DNA of 64,000 bases from Candidatus Levyibacteriota bacterium (GTDB lineage: Bacteria; Patescibacteriota; Microgenomatia; Levybacterales; GWA1-39-11). The notes beneath the pieces were generated by a model that worked only from the letters and a program-made list of their open reading frames with translations, did no database searches and was not told where the DNA came from. Below are positions 45,375-55,224 of the stretch, piece by piece. The stretch lies in contig JAGORM010000002.1 in assembly GCA_018062815.1 (NCBI GenBank), positions 11,211 through 75,210 of the forward strand. The letters run 5' to 3'. Made by a program: the position numbers and the translations under genes. Numbering within the stretch: position 1 is the stretch's first letter; each line of letters begins with the position of its first letter.

Positions 45375-46646
45375 ATGAACTATACAAAACACATTCTATC
45401 TAATGGTTTACAAGTAATTTTGGTACCGATTCAAGAAGTTGAGTCGGCTACAACTTTGGTGCTCGTTGGCGCGGGTTCTAGGTATGAAAACAAGAAAAAT
45501 AGCGGAATTTCACATTTTCTTGAACATATGGCATTTAAGGGTACTAAAAATAGACCAACTGCTCGTGAAATTTCCTCAGTGATAGATGGGATAGGTGCAG
45601 AAAGTAACGCATTTACAGGCAAAGAGATAACCGGATATTATATTAAATCATCATCAGAGCATGTTGATTTATCTTTGGATATTCTCTCAGATATGTTGGC
45701 AAATCTTTTGCTTGATTCTTCTGAAATTGAAAAGGAAAAAGGGGTAATACTTGAGGAAATAAATTTATATGAAGATACTCCGTCACGTAAAATTGGAGAT
45801 ATTTTTGAGGATTTGCTTTACGGAGATGTTCCCATGGGGTGGGATATTTCAGGAGACAAGAAAGTGATAAAGTCTGTGACACGTGAGGATTTTATGGAAT
45901 ATATGAAAACCTTATATTCCGCAGATAATATGGTAGTCGTAGTTGCAGGAAAATATGATGAGAAAACAATATTGTCAGAAATTGATAAACGTTTTGGTGT
46001 TCTGGAGCAGTTTAAAATTGCAGGATATGAGAGGGTTATAGAGTCACAAGAAGGATCAAAAGTTTTACTTAAACATAAAAAAACAGAACAATCGCATTTT
46101 GCCCTAGGAGTAAGAACTATAGGTATAGAGGCAGATCAGGAGAACTATGTTTTAGGAGTTCTTGCATCAGTTCTGGGTGGTGGAATGAGTTCACGTTTAT
46201 TTCATGAGGTGCGTGAGAAACGTGGGCTTGCTTATTATGTGCGTGCATATTCTGAAAATTATAAAGACGTTGGGTATCTTGCGGCTTTTGCGGGGGTAGA
46301 TAAAAATAGAATAGATGAGGCCATAGAAGTAGTTCGCGATGAATTGTTAAAGATTTGTCAGGATGGAGAGATAACAGAAGAAGAGTTAACAAAGGCAAAA
46401 GAATACATGAAAGGGCATTTTATACTTGATTTAGAAGATACTCGTTCTGTTGCTTCTCATTACTCAACAGACCTGATTTTAAAAGGTAAAATGGAGAATC
46501 CTGATGAGGTTCTAAAACATATAGACGCAGTTACTCTGGATCAGGTGAAACAGGCAGCTTGTAAATATATTAAAAAAGACCGAATGAACTTAGCTATTAT
46601 TGGTGACTTTGAAGATAAATCCCGTTTTGAAAAACTTCTTGTTTAA
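45375..46646 (+). CDS. M16-family (pitrilysin/insulinase-like) zinc peptidase
   Basis: Inverted zinc motif HFLEHMAFKGT; 423 aa with two M16 lobes. Confidence 0.85.
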   Translation: MNYTKHILSNGLQVILVPIQEVESATTLVLVGAGSRYENKKNSGISHFLEHMAFKGTKNRPTAREISSVIDGIGAESNAFTGKEITGYYIKSSSEHVDLSLDILSDMLANLLLDSSEIEKEKGVILEEINLYEDTPSRKIGDIFEDLLYGDVPMGWDISGDKKVIKSVTREDFMEYMKTLYSADNMVVVVAGKYDEKTILSEIDKRFGVLEQFKIAGYERVIESQEGSKVLLKHKKTEQSHFALGVRTIGIEADQENYVLGVLASVLGGGMSSRLFHEVREKRGLAYYVRAYSENYKDVGYLAAFAGVDKNRIDEAIEVVRDELLKICQDGEITEEELTKAKEYMKGHFILDLEDTRSVASHYSTDLILKGKMENPDEVLKHIDAVTLDQVKQAACKYIKKDRMNLAIIGDFEDKSRFEKLLV

Positions 46647-46689
46647 CCTACATTGATTTCAGGACTTTAGATATGGTACTGTAGATTTC

Positions 46690-47598
46690 ATGGATTCATT
46701 AGGGGAAGGTTCTTATGGTAGTTTTAGTACCGAATCGACCGGATACGAATTTAGCTTTATGGCTCGTGAAGTTGAGCTTATGCAGCGTGCAAGTAAAGAT
46801 GTGGCAAAAGGACTAAATTGGACTGAGGGGGGAAGATTTAGTCTAGAGAGGAATAAGATGCGAGCAATAGTAGAGACAGCTACTCTTGAGTTAGAATATC
46901 CACAGCTAACACTCGTTCCTATGTTTCCGTCACTTTATAGATTTCTGAGAACGGAAGAGCTAAATAACGCGCTTACAAGAGGAGGAGAAACTATGTTGGT
47001 AGGGAGTGGTACAACTCTCTATGAATCTCTTGCGATGACTGTGGAGCAACCCTCTCAAGGAAAAGTCGAAGAGGTATTTTCAGAATTTGGTCCAGAGATA
47101 AATTCTTTATTTGCAAGAAGAAAAAATATATCAAACGGAGAGCAGCCTGTAAACAAGGTACCTCTCCTTCCTCATAGAATAGTTGCTTTTGAGCCGGATA
47201 AAAGGCAGACTTCAGGATTTGAACGAGCAAATCAATTTTTTAGTACAGATACAATAATAGAAAATAAACCTGCTAAGGAGAATATTGGCAAATTTTCGCA
47301 TGAATCATTCCAAAATATCATGCTTAATAGATTAGATCCGGCAGTATTTAGTAGCAGTCCAAAATTTTTTGCAGACCTTATGCAGTTGGTAGAGCCAGGT
47401 GGGTCGCTTGTTGTAACAATTGGAACAGGAAATAATCCCGAGGAGCTTACATTGCGCAAAAATTTTCTAGATCAAATAGTCCAAGATTTTCCAAATGCTA
47501 GGATGCGTGAATCGTCTAAGCTTCCGCGTTTTGTAGGCACTGCTAAAAAAATATATGGACCTGAAATGATAGCACACGTGATAGGGAGGAAAAAATGA
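46690..47598 (+). CDS. Hypothetical protein (302 aa), possibly SAM-methyltransferase-like C-terminal region
   Basis: LVEPGGSLVVTIGTG weakly resembles MTase post-II; stop overlaps the next gene's start (ATGA at 47595-47598). Confidence 0.45.
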   Translation: MDSLGEGSYGSFSTESTGYEFSFMAREVELMQRASKDVAKGLNWTEGGRFSLERNKMRAIVETATLELEYPQLTLVPMFPSLYRFLRTEELNNALTRGGETMLVGSGTTLYESLAMTVEQPSQGKVEEVFSEFGPEINSLFARRKNISNGEQPVNKVPLLPHRIVAFEPDKRQTSGFERANQFFSTDTIIENKPAKENIGKFSHESFQNIMLNRLDPAVFSSSPKFFADLMQLVEPGGSLVVTIGTGNNPEELTLRKNFLDQIVQDFPNARMRESSKLPRFVGTAKKIYGPEMIAHVIGRKK

Positions 47599-48347
47599 AA
47601 CTAAAAATAGTAACGCTTAACATTTGGAGAGGAGAGATTTATAAAGAGGCTATTAAATTTCTTATGCAGGAGAATGCAGATATTATTTTTCTTCAAGAGG
47701 TATATGATGGAAAAGATAAAAATCTCCCTATTCCCTATAGACTATATAGCTTTCTCTCTGAAATGTTCCCCCGGCATTTTTCAGTTTTTGGGGCACAGTT
47801 TTGTGATATTACAGAGTATGGAAATATAGAAGAGGGGAATGCGATTTTCTCAAGATTTCCCATAATAAGTTCTAAAAACACTTTTTTTGATGTCCCGTAT
47901 TCAGTATTTAATAACCGTTTAAAAGAGCGATTTGATGATAATCCACAGGCTATTCTCCAGGCAAAGTTGAAATTTGGAGAGGGCATACTGAACACTTTTT
48001 GCGTACATGGGGTTTGGGGGTTTGACGGGAAGGATAATGAAAGAAGATTTACTATGGCGAAAGTAATAAAAAAAGAGACCGCTGGTGTCAATAACACAAT
48101 AATGGCAGGGGATTTTAATTTAGTACATAACACACAAGCTGTGGGGCAAATAGAAGAGAACTTAACAAGCGTATTTAGGAATGAATTAGTCTCAACGTTT
48201 AATATGAAGTATAAAGATAATGGTGGATACGCAACTGCTGCTGTGGATATGGTATTTGTATCTTCAAATATATCAGTACTTTCTAAAAATTGTCCGCAAG
48301 TAGATGTATCTGACCATCTTCCTCTGGTCGCTACACTTGAGTTGTAA
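47595..48347 (+). CDS. Endonuclease/exonuclease/phosphatase (EEP) family protein
   Basis: N-terminal KIVTLNIWRGE...IIFLQEV, catalytic-His region SDHLPLVATLEL. Confidence 0.75.
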   Translation: MKLKIVTLNIWRGEIYKEAIKFLMQENADIIFLQEVYDGKDKNLPIPYRLYSFLSEMFPRHFSVFGAQFCDITEYGNIEEGNAIFSRFPIISSKNTFFDVPYSVFNNRLKERFDDNPQAILQAKLKFGEGILNTFCVHGVWGFDGKDNERRFTMAKVIKKETAGVNNTIMAGDFNLVHNTQAVGQIEENLTSVFRNELVSTFNMKYKDNGGYATAAVDMVFVSSNISVLSKNCPQVDVSDHLPLVATLEL

Positions 48348-48506
48348 GCCTATTTTTAGCGTGATATATTCCTTTATTGTTAAGGGTGTTGAAAAGGAAT
48401 GTTTTAAGGATAAAAGATAAGTACGTTATGGGCTTATAGAGCATGAGTGGGTAGAATTAGTAGAACTTCAAGCTCAGCTACATTAAAAATTTAATAAATG
48501 AGGGGA

Positions 48507-49160
48507 TTATTCTTTTCCGATTATAACGAGTGCATCTCCTGCGCCCGTGTAGTCAGCTGCCGCCGTTCCAATTGTATATGTTGCCCCTAAGTCTTTTTTA
48601 AGAAGTGTTAAGAGGCTAGACTTTCCTGCTTTTACATGTATTTCACTTTGTGCGTAGTCTGATGTGTCAGCGTTTCCTACTGTACCCAATGTATATCCTA
48701 ATTCAGTCAATTCATCTCCTGCCTTTTTGGCAGCCCCTGTTACTCCGCTTCCATTTTGAACTGCTACTGTTATAGTAGCACGGTCTATCCCGGTTGCAGC
48801 ATCTTTTGTTGTGTTTCCGGCTGTCTTTGTGGGTGTTACAGGTGGCAAGGTCGGTGTTATTTTTCCGGTTGGAGAGGGAGTAGTTTCTTCCTCTGGTGTA
48901 GGAGTAGGTAAATCAGTAGGAGTGGGTTCCATTACTTGAGTAGGAGTAGGCGTTGAATCACTATTCATTGTGTCTTCACCTAAAAATTTTACAGCTCCAA
49001 ATGCAATAAGACCTAGAATGATTAAAAGAATGATCAGAAATAAAAGTTTTTTTCCGCGTCGTGAAGAACTAGAAGATGAACTAGATGAAGAAGTTGTTTC
49101 TGTGCTGAAGGGAGATTGTGAAAAAACTGATTCTTCCATGGGTAAAGTGGAGTATAGCAT
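48507..49160 (-). CDS. LytR_C-domain membrane-anchored protein with Ser-rich and Pro/Thr-rich linker
   Basis: poly-Ser run, TM LLFLIILLIILGLIAFGAV, PT-rich linker, C-terminal LytR_C-like ITVAVQNGSGVTGAAKKAGDELTELGYTLGTVGNA. Confidence 0.65.
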   Translation of the reverse strand: MLYSTLPMEESVFSQSPFSTETTSSSSSSSSSSRRGKKLLFLIILLIILGLIAFGAVKFLGEDTMNSDSTPTPTQVMEPTPTDLPTPTPEEETTPSPTGKITPTLPPVTPTKTAGNTTKDAATGIDRATITVAVQNGSGVTGAAKKAGDELTELGYTLGTVGNADTSDYAQSEIHVKAGKSSLLTLLKKDLGATYTIGTAAADYTGAGDALVIIGKE

Positions 49161-49230
49161 AACTTATAAAAAATGCAAGAACAATAACTCCTTTACATGG
49201 GTTAGTGTTTTCAGTACAATATACACATTC

Positions 49231-49695
49231 ATGGAGAAAACAGTAGTATTAGTAAAACCAGACGGAGTACAAAGAGGATTAATCGGTGAGATTATCACAA
49301 GATTTGAAAGAAAGGGCTTACGCTTAGCGGGTCTTAAGATGATTTCTTTAGGAGATGCTATATTGGATGAATGGTATGCTCATCACAAAGACAAATCTTT
49401 CTTTCCTGATCTTAAATCTTATATGATGTCGTATCCGGTCGTAGCCATGCTCTGGGAAGGACTGGATTCTGCCGTTACAGTCAGGAAATTGATTGGAATT
49501 ACTAAAGCCAGAGATGCAGAGCCTGGTACTATCCGTGGAGACTTTGCTATGTCTCAGCAGTACAATCTTATTCACGCCTCTGAATCAGTTGAAGCAGCCA
49601 GGAAAGAGGAAGCGCTTATCTTTACTGAAGATGAAGTATTTCAGTGGGTAAAAGAAGACTATAAGCAAGTATATGCCTCAGAAGAGAAGAAGTAA
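49231..49695 (+). CDS. ndk: Nucleoside diphosphate kinase
   Basis: MEKTVVLVKPDGVQRGLIGEIITRFERKGL...NLIHASES (active-site His). The track's 87-codon 5' extension is antisense to the LytR_C gene and was trimmed. Confidence 0.85.
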   Translation: MEKTVVLVKPDGVQRGLIGEIITRFERKGLRLAGLKMISLGDAILDEWYAHHKDKSFFPDLKSYMMSYPVVAMLWEGLDSAVTVRKLIGITKARDAEPGTIRGDFAMSQQYNLIHASESVEAARKEEALIFTEDEVFQWVKEDYKQVYASEEKK

Positions 49696-49696
49696 G

Positions 49697-50380
49697 TTAA
49701 ATTTTTGATTTTAATTCCTCAAGTTTGACTGTTTGATCCAAATTAAATTCCGCAACTCTAGTTCTTACTAACCTGGTAATATATGCGCCAGTGTGTAGTG
49801 ATTCTCCAATGTCACGGGCAAGACTCCTAATATATACACCAGTTCCGCATTCTACTTTAAGTTCTAGTTTTGGGTAGCTGTAGCTTACAATTTCAATGTT
49901 TTTGATTACGACTAAGCGTTTTTCCATTTTAAAATCCTCCCCCTTTCTTATTCTTTTGTATGCCTCTTTCCCGTTAACCTTGATAGCGGAGTACTGAGAA
50001 GGGGTTTGCAAAATATCCCCGATAAATTTTTTTATACATTCAGTTACTTCTTTCGTGGTTGGTGTAGTTTTGGTGTTCAGTTTATCACCAGTATCTATGC
50101 TTTGTTTATACTCATGAATCGGGCCTTCTTTGTCATCTGTCTCAGAAATATATCCAAGCATGAGTGTTGCAATATACTCCTTATCTCCCTTTACATAAAT
50201 ATCCAATTTCTTTGTGTTTTCACGCCCTACAGCAATTACTAAGACACCTTCAGCTAGGGGATCCAGTGTCCCTCCGTGTCCGACGCGTTTTACTTTTGTA
50301 GCCCTTCGAACGCAATTGACCATGTCATGCGATGTCATTCCTACCGGTTTGTAAATTGAAAATACACCCTGATGAAGCAT
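49697..50380 (-). CDS. truB: tRNA pseudouridine(55) synthase TruB
   Basis: GVFSIYKPVGMTSHD, catalytic GHGGTLDPLAEGVLVIAVG. Start set at MLHQGVF (complement CAT 50378-50380). Confidence 0.8.
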   Translation of the reverse strand: MLHQGVFSIYKPVGMTSHDMVNCVRRATKVKRVGHGGTLDPLAEGVLVIAVGRENTKKLDIYVKGDKEYIATLMLGYISETDDKEGPIHEYKQSIDTGDKLNTKTTPTTKEVTECIKKFIGDILQTPSQYSAIKVNGKEAYKRIRKGEDFKMEKRLVVIKNIEIVSYSYPKLELKVECGTGVYIRSLARDIGESLHTGAYITRLVRTRVAEFNLDQTVKLEELKSKI

Positions 50381-51689
50381 GTGGGTATTGTATAATAATC
50401 CGGTGAATAAACAAAAAATAGGAATATATGCATGGGCAGGACCCGGCACAGTAAGGCTTCTTAATGTCAAATATCACAATCCCAGAATAGATAAGAAAAG
50501 TTTTTTAACTGCTTATGAAAGTAAAAAACTTACGACCATTAAAGAACGTTTTGGGGTGACAGATGCATGGGTGACTTATTCATGGGGGTTTTCTCAGCAG
50601 ACTGAAATGTCTGATTATAGCTTTATAGTTTCACAGCTTAAAAATTTCAAAAAAAATAACATTCGGGCACATGCATATATACAAGGATTTAACCTTGTGA
50701 CTTCTGAATTTAAAGACCAGGATCCATGGTGCAGGGATTTTAAAGGGAGACTTTTGCCATACAGTAAAGGAAGAAGCCTTACCTGTCCCAATAATCCTGT
50801 TGCCTTAAAAATTATTCTAGATAGAGTAAAGAGGGCATGTAGAGAAGATTTTGATGGAATTTTTATAGATAACATATTTTTTGGTCTGCCACCCCTTTTT
50901 GTTTACTCTGACTACATGTCATATTGTGGATGCGTATGTGTATATTGTCAGAGCAAATTTAAAAATAAATATGGATATAACCTTTCTCTAAAGGATAAAA
51001 GAGGGCACGAAGTGCTAGATTATTTAGAGTTTAGGACTGAAAGCACTTATGAGGTATTAAAGATGGCAAAGAGTATAGCGCAAAAAAATAAAAAGCTTTT
51101 TGGGGTAAATTTATATGATCCCGTCTCATATGCTCCTGAAATATATTTTGGATATAGCTTTTCAAAAATTTCTAAATTACTCTCGTACTATCTTATTGAG
51201 AATCTGTCCTTGCCCTCGCAATTAAACCATAATAACTCCTACTATAAAGAATTTATTCAGAACACAAAAAAAGATGTATTTATAGTGTCTTACAGGAAGG
51301 GAATAGGATTGGATAGCGAGTATTCTCAAGGTGACATTAATTCTATTTTTGCAGAAGGAAAAAGCTTGGGATATGCGCCATGTATTAAGACAAGTGAATA
51401 TAAAACACATGGTGAATGGCATTACTTAGATGCAGAAAAGTTTCAACAGCCTGACAGGACAATAAAAATATTTAGAAATATTGTCATAAAGTCTAGAAAG
51501 CTAAAGAAAAGCGGAAAGGTAAATGTTCTTGTGGGACAAGCCTCAAGCTATTTATATACCCCGCTTTCTAATTTATTATGGGATAGTAGAGTTATTTATT
51601 CACTTCTTAACAAGACGCGCGTGTTGCCGCGTATGCTCAAAAAAACAAGGAAGTATGAATTAGAAGGATTTAATAGGCGCAAAAAATAA
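50379..51689 (+). CDS. Hypothetical protein (436 aa), Cys-containing, possibly TIM-barrel glycoside-hydrolase-like
   Basis: ORF; ATG at 50379 overlaps the truB start codon on the opposite strand, so the true start may be downstream. Confidence 0.45.
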   Translation: MWVLYNNPVNKQKIGIYAWAGPGTVRLLNVKYHNPRIDKKSFLTAYESKKLTTIKERFGVTDAWVTYSWGFSQQTEMSDYSFIVSQLKNFKKNNIRAHAYIQGFNLVTSEFKDQDPWCRDFKGRLLPYSKGRSLTCPNNPVALKIILDRVKRACREDFDGIFIDNIFFGLPPLFVYSDYMSYCGCVCVYCQSKFKNKYGYNLSLKDKRGHEVLDYLEFRTESTYEVLKMAKSIAQKNKKLFGVNLYDPVSYAPEIYFGYSFSKISKLLSYYLIENLSLPSQLNHNNSYYKEFIQNTKKDVFIVSYRKGIGLDSEYSQGDINSIFAEGKSLGYAPCIKTSEYKTHGEWHYLDAEKFQQPDRTIKIFRNIVIKSRKLKKSGKVNVLVGQASSYLYTPLSNLLWDSRVIYSLLNKTRVLPRMLKKTRKYELEGFNRRKK

Positions 51690-51751
51690 GATAGGACTGA
51701 GAAATATTATAATATTTAAAGCTGTTGCAGGAGCTGGGTAGCTTATGTAGT

Positions 51752-52552
51752 TTAAGTATTAAACTTGTTTAGCGGTCGCGTTTTTCTAAAAGTTTGATAA
51801 TCAGATAACGCAGCATGAGTTACATCTATAGTAGTGTTTCTTGAAAAAGGCGATTCGATAACAGATATTTGGTTTGGAACATTTTTGACGTGGTATTCAT
51901 ATGGCACTACTAATGCAACTTCCGCGTCTTGTGCAATTTTTAAGGAATGATATTGTTCGGTTTGACCATTCATATCAAACGCAGTAGGACTCTTGAAATA
52001 AATTTCTTCTCCTCTTACGTTTTGAATAAAGGTGTTCATATTCATCAATTGGGTAAGATTTTTTTCTTGTCTATTATAGTTGGTTTTATACTCAAGAAAT
52101 GTATGCGCTATGGGTGGCTGAACTGTATCTATTATTACACCGTCTGGAATTGGGTAGTCACCCATTTTCCTAAAAACTCTCATACATGAATCAGAGTCAA
52201 TAAGATCTTTCTCATTTGGAAGTAGGTTTGAAATCCATGCATTCGTTAACCCTTCAAATGTAACCCCAAGTGCACGTTGAAAAGTACGGGCGTTCCAAGC
52301 TTTTCCTACCCCATTTTCTGCGATAAAGAGTTCTAATATATTTGACAGAGCAGGGGATTGTTTTGCAAGTATATTAAGTTGTGGAAAATCTTCTAGGATG
52401 ATATAGTTATTTTCCCTTATGCCGATGTTTGATGTCGGGCGGGGTTTAGAGTTTATATTTCTCTCGCCTTGCCTTACCTTCCGGTTTGGTTTTTGAATTT
52501 GACTAAGAACAAATTCGTTGCTGTTGTAAAATTCAATATCAATTTTGCCCAC
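51752..52552 (-). CDS. Hypothetical protein (266 aa)
   Basis: ORF only. Confidence 0.5.
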   Translation of the reverse strand: MGKIDIEFYNSNEFVLSQIQKPNRKVRQGERNINSKPRPTSNIGIRENNYIILEDFPQLNILAKQSPALSNILELFIAENGVGKAWNARTFQRALGVTFEGLTNAWISNLLPNEKDLIDSDSCMRVFRKMGDYPIPDGVIIDTVQPPIAHTFLEYKTNYNRQEKNLTQLMNMNTFIQNVRGEEIYFKSPTAFDMNGQTEQYHSLKIAQDAEVALVVPYEYHVKNVPNQISVIESPFSRNTTIDVTHAALSDYQTFRKTRPLNKFNT

Positions 52553-52615
52553 GCGGCTATTATAGGCTTAAATTGTATTAAAGGCAAATATTGTTTGCCT
52601 GCGGAAAATTTTAAG

Positions 52616-52687
52616 TCGGGGATGGCAGATTTGAACTGCCGACCTCACGGTCCCGAACCGTGCGCGCTACCACTGCGCCAATCCCCG
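52616..52687 (-). tRNA. tRNA-Pro (CGG)
   Basis: Minus-strand reading CGGGGAT-TG-GCGC-AGTGGTA-GCGC-G-CACGG-TTCGGGA-CCGTG-AGGTC-GGCAG-TTCAAAT-CTGCC-ATCCCCG-A. G37 as expected for Pro; no encoded CCA. Confidence 0.75.
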
Positions 52688-52785
52688 GCAACAATAAATG
52701 TAGTGTTTTTAGCCTCTCAATTCCCAAATTATACTCTAAAAATGGTAGAATACGAAGTGATTGATATGCTTTTAAAGCTATATCT

Positions 52786-52858
52786 GACTCCGTAGCTCAA
52801 TGGATTGAGCAGTCCCGTCCTAAGGGAAAGATTGCGAGTTCGACTCTCGCCGGGGTCA
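52786..52858 (+). tRNA. tRNA-Arg (CCT)
   Basis: GACTCCG-TA-GCTC-AATGGATT-GAGC-A-GTCCC-GTCCTAA-GGGAA-AGATT-GCGAG-TTCGACT-CTCGC-CGGGGTC-A. One G-U in the acceptor and a G27:A43 mismatch; the 3' trailer reads CACCA, so no directly encoded CCA. TGGTAGAAT -10-like box at 52743-52751. Confidence 0.6.
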
Positions 52859-52924
52859 CACCACTGGTTAGTAATAATTTTGAATAGTAGTAGTACTTCT
52901 AATAATTTTGTATAGTAATTAGTA

Positions 52925-54214
52925 ATGATTGATGCTCCCGAACTTCAAAAACCAACAAAATTAAAACAAAACATTCTAAGAGTACGCGAGGCAAAAGATG
53001 TGGCAAGAGTATTTGAAACTAGAATAGTTGGTCGAACAAGTAATGAATTTAGAGAGATATGTTATAGTGCTGATCTTGTCCTTGGAGGATTGGAAAACGA
53101 ATACGAGCATTTTATAACACAAAAATTCACTGAGCTTGAATCTTATCTAGATACTTCTTACGATAACTTACGCGAACATCACAATGAAGGATTCCGTAAG
53201 TTCCTACTCCAACAGTATCGTACTTATAAAAAAGAACAACCAAGCAGTGTTGATTCTTTAAAAGAAGAAGAAAGTATAAAGGATCTTGCTATCGGATATA
53301 CATTTGACTACATAAGAACACTAACACTTGGTAAGAGAATGGGGATAAGCTCAAAAAACGCACTTATGTTAGCAGAAGTTTCTCATTGGAATACTCCTAA
53401 TGTGCTTATTTCCCTTGCAAAAAAGTTTCCAGATGCAGATCCAAATGTTATTTTTAATGCTGCGGCGCACCGCCCAGCACATCCAGAAGATTTTCTAAGA
53501 GAAGTTCTTGAAGCAATCCCAAGACTTCAAGAGAAGTTTCCTGATATGGATCTCGGAATTATTAAAGGGGCTGCAACTAATTATCGATCAGCTCCCGAAC
53601 AGTATCTCCAAGGTGTGAATGATGCAATCCCAAGACTTCAAGAGAAGTTTCCTGATATAGATCTTGGAACAATTAAAAAAGCGGCTAGTGACTACTCCTC
53701 TGACCCAGAAGAATTTATCCAAGGCGTCATTACCACAGTTTCCAAATTGAGGGAAAAGTTTCCTGAAGCTGATGTTCGCTTGCTTAAAACTGCCGCAAAC
53801 ATGCACCCTCTCGATCCTGAAGGATTTGTTAATAAAGTAACTGAAAGGGTGCAGAGCCTACAAGCAAGCTTTCCAGAGATTGACTTGAGAATCATTAAAA
53901 CTGCTGCAATAAGTTACGGATCGAACCCCGAAGTATTTATCAGGAAAGTCTTGTCTGATATTCCAGACCTGCAATTAAAATTTCCTGATATCCCCCTTTC
54001 TGTTATTAAAGCTGTCGTGATTAGTCACACATCAGATTCCGAAGGTTTCATCAGAAATGTGTCTGAAAAAGCTCCTGGGTTGCAAAAAGAGTTTCCTGAT
54101 TTATCAGCAAGCGTGGTTTATCGTGCTTTAATTGGCTATCGGGATCCGCAGACCTTTCTAAGAGAAGTTCAAAATAGAATTCAAGCCTCATTAAAGCAGC
54201 GGAATCAGGCGTGA
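52925..54214 (+). CDS. Tandem-repeat protein: ~150-aa N-terminal domain plus 7 copies of a ~37-aa helical repeat (consensus xIPxLQEKFPDxDLxxIKxAAxxYxSxPExFIxxV)
   Basis: Repeat units visible in the translation. At DNA level, ATCCCAAGACTTCAAGAGAAGTTTCCTGATAT occurs twice (53515-53546 and 53625-53656). Confidence 0.65.
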   Translation: MIDAPELQKPTKLKQNILRVREAKDVARVFETRIVGRTSNEFREICYSADLVLGGLENEYEHFITQKFTELESYLDTSYDNLREHHNEGFRKFLLQQYRTYKKEQPSSVDSLKEEESIKDLAIGYTFDYIRTLTLGKRMGISSKNALMLAEVSHWNTPNVLISLAKKFPDADPNVIFNAAAHRPAHPEDFLREVLEAIPRLQEKFPDMDLGIIKGAATNYRSAPEQYLQGVNDAIPRLQEKFPDIDLGTIKKAASDYSSDPEEFIQGVITTVSKLREKFPEADVRLLKTAANMHPLDPEGFVNKVTERVQSLQASFPEIDLRIIKTAAISYGSNPEVFIRKVLSDIPDLQLKFPDIPLSVIKAVVISHTSDSEGFIRNVSEKAPGLQKEFPDLSASVVYRALIGYRDPQTFLREVQNRIQASLKQRNQA

Positions 54215-54432
54215 ATTTGGTTCCCCTCCAATTACGAAGGGCAAGAACCTGAAGTATCAGGCAATTTAAAAAAATTTGGGTCAAACCATCAATCTCTGTG
54301 GTGCAGTAGGCAACTTTGATTCTATACAACAGGCAAATTGAGCAATTCCAAATTTATCACCGTCAAAAGGTATAGAAGGATTTTGCGCGCATCATTTTTG
54401 CATTTTAAAAAAAAACAGTATAATCCATTTTT

Positions 54433-55185
54433 ATGAGTAAAGAGCATCGGCTTATCCCAATAGAGGATACATACGGGAGAGTATCTTTATCCGCATTAAC
54501 ACTTCCCCCTTTTATTAAAGGGAAGATTGGAGTGAATCTTGAGAAAACCGAAAAGCTTATGAATATAGGCGGTATACTTCAGGTAAAAGCCGTAAATGCA
54601 GAGAAAAAAGAAAATACAACACCTCAGATTGTCGGTTATGATAGTAATGGAAATGTATACGGTGGTACAGGAAAAAGTAAAGAAGACGCCACCCAGAAGA
54701 AAAAATCTAATATATTGTATGAAACAAAATCATACAGAGATAAGGGACGTACCTGGAGATCAATTCAAGTAGAAGTGAGTAAGGATCAAATATCAGAAGA
54801 TCTAGCAAGTAAGGCCTTACTTCAGTCTCCTGAAGCGTGGGGAAAGGTAATTAATGAAAAAATTAGAGACAGTGTTAAAAACGAGGGGCGCTCATTTTCT
54901 CTTGAGTTAGGCAGAGATATTCGCTCCTATTTTTTTGATTTTGCGAACACTTTTTCTGCTGCAAATATCGTGACAGCCAACATGCAAGGTGAATATTTTA
55001 TAGGTACATCAATATCTGCATTAATGCTTGCAGCAGCAGGATTTAGAATTAGACAAGATGTTCAGAATCCCGGATATCGTGCTGATATTTTTGAATCAAT
55101 ACATCCAGTCCGAGCTTTTTGGGCAACATACCGTGCAAACACTGCATACAGGAATCTTATAGAAGCTATTCCTCAAGATTCCTAA
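54433..55185 (+). CDS. Hypothetical protein (250 aa)
   Basis: ORF; TATAAT box 10 nt upstream of the ATG. Confidence 0.5.
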   Translation: MSKEHRLIPIEDTYGRVSLSALTLPPFIKGKIGVNLEKTEKLMNIGGILQVKAVNAEKKENTTPQIVGYDSNGNVYGGTGKSKEDATQKKKSNILYETKSYRDKGRTWRSIQVEVSKDQISEDLASKALLQSPEAWGKVINEKIRDSVKNEGRSFSLELGRDIRSYFFDFANTFSAANIVTANMQGEYFIGTSISALMLAAAGFRIRQDVQNPGYRADIFESIHPVRAFWATYRANTAYRNLIEAIPQDS

Positions 55186-55224
55186 ACATTGACTTAATAG
55201 TTTTAATTTCATATCATTGTTTTC

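Noticed and set aside
48970-49230. 87-codon 5' extension of ndk (track ORF 48970-49695)
   Set aside because: Antisense to the LytR_C gene; NDK homology starts at MEKTVVLVKPDG (49231).
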